From Zygophlyctis sp. KS116 (lineage: Eukaryota > Fungi > Chytridiomycota): 32,000 bases of DNA. Every line of letters starts with the position of its first letter. Position 1 is the first letter of the stretch. Shown one piece after another: positions 31,282 to 32,000 of the stretch. The translations under genes and the position numbers were made by a program. The stretch lies in NCBI GenBank assembly GCA_054661495.1, contig BAAFSQ010000003.1:1-32000 (forward strand), read 5' to 3'. Below the pieces are notes generated by a model that was not told where the DNA came from, did no database searches, and worked only from the letters and a program-made list of their open reading frames with translations.

Positions 31282-31351
31282 TGTGTGGTACTTAGTAGGC
31301 GTACCTTAGTAAGTAGGTCCAGTAATCTCCAGTAATAAATGCCTAGGGATA

Positions 31352-32000
31352 ATGGAGTTGCCGCTAGATCTTATTATTCATATTGTGGAATGGACAAGTA
31401 TGCTGGATGCTCTCCAGTTTTGTAATGCATTAGGAATATCTACTAGTGTAGCATATCAGTATTCATGCCCATGGAATTTTCTATTAAACCATCCAACCGA
31501 AAAGGACTGTCGGGCTTTAGATTTCTATTATACTCTGTTTGAGAGGGAAAAGATCAAGGATAATTTTAGATTTCTCTTTAAGAATAAGAGATTTAATCTG
31601 GTATTTACTCTCGCACAAAGGTTGAGGATATCAGTGGTTTTGCAGTGTGTAAATGTAGTGGAATTGATTTTAAAGAACAAGGAAATTTATGATTTAAATT
31701 CAGATTTTGTGTATTGTACTCTACCAGAAATTATAAAAATATTCTTGGCGGATTCTAGATATAATCCTTGTAATAATGATTTAAAAATGGCTATTAGAAA
31801 TGGAAATTTACAAGCTTTAGAATTGCTTTTAAGAGATGGTAGAGTAGATCCGTCAGATCAGGATAATCAGGCAGTGATTTTAGCTTCGGAAACTGGAAAT
31901 TTACAAGGTTTAGAATTATTATTAAGAGATAAAAGAGTCGATCCGTCAGATCAGGCAAATGAAGCTATTATACAGGCTTCTACTAGAGGGCATTTACAGG
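31352..32000 (+). CDS. F-box-like N-terminus + ankyrin repeat (DxRVDPS type) protein, partial (runs off the right edge); not in the ORF track
   Basis: The frame is open from ATG 31352 to the window end: MELPLDLIIHIVEW...AIRNGNLQALELLLRDGRVDPSDQDNQAVILASETGNLQGLELLLRDKRVDPSDQANEAIIQASTRGHLQ. The 31-aa/93-nt repeat units start at 31802 and 31895. Confidence 0.88.
   Translation, partial: MELPLDLIIHIVEWTSMLDALQFCNALGISTSVAYQYSCPWNFLLNHPTEKDCRALDFYYTLFEREKIKDNFRFLFKNKRFNLVFTLAQRLRISVVLQCVNVVELILKNKEIYDLNSDFVYCTLPEIIKIFLADSRYNPCNNDLKMAIRNGNLQALELLLRDGRVDPSDQDNQAVILASETGNLQGLELLLRDKRVDPSDQANEAIIQASTRGHLQ

Noticed and set aside
1-32000. Prokaryotic or viral origin, operons, CRISPR arrays, rRNA/tRNA genes
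   Set aside because: Eukaryote-specific genes with spliceosomal introns. No repeat-spacer array, cloverleaf or rRNA-like sequence was seen.

Overview
This is an AT-rich, extremely gene-dense eukaryotic window, most likely from an early-diverging zoosporic (chytrid-like) fungus. That assignment is inferred from gene content: a Crinkler-type effector, a DxRVDPS-type ankyrin protein, Rod/KNTC1, MCMDC2 and POLD4. The fragmented ORF track is explained by 66 hand-inferred spliceosomal introns of only 23-37 nt (mean about 27 nt). Removing them gives intact, in-frame genes: RNR small subunit, a 410-aa orphan, POLD4 (absent from the ORF track), Hikeshi/OPI10, an intronless Crinkler NTPase-REase, a tandem-hotdog acyl-CoA thioesterase, TOM22, ORC4, KNTC1/Rod (30 introns), a coiled-coil protein, MCMDC2, isovaleryl-CoA dehydrogenase, an SDIF-repeat protein, HEATR5/LAA1 and a partial F-box-like/ankyrin gene. 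Distances between coding regions are mostly 4-120 nt. The main points of interest are the ultrashort-intron system (apparent floor of about 23 nt, relaxed AAG/GAG acceptors, one GC-AG intron, microexons), 33-34 nt bidirectional promoters, a 4-nt stop-to-start junction (IVD to MCMDC2), positioned CG-containing promoter motifs, and a palindromic element at the housekeeping/accessory boundary. All gene models were built by eye, without RNA-seq or database searches.
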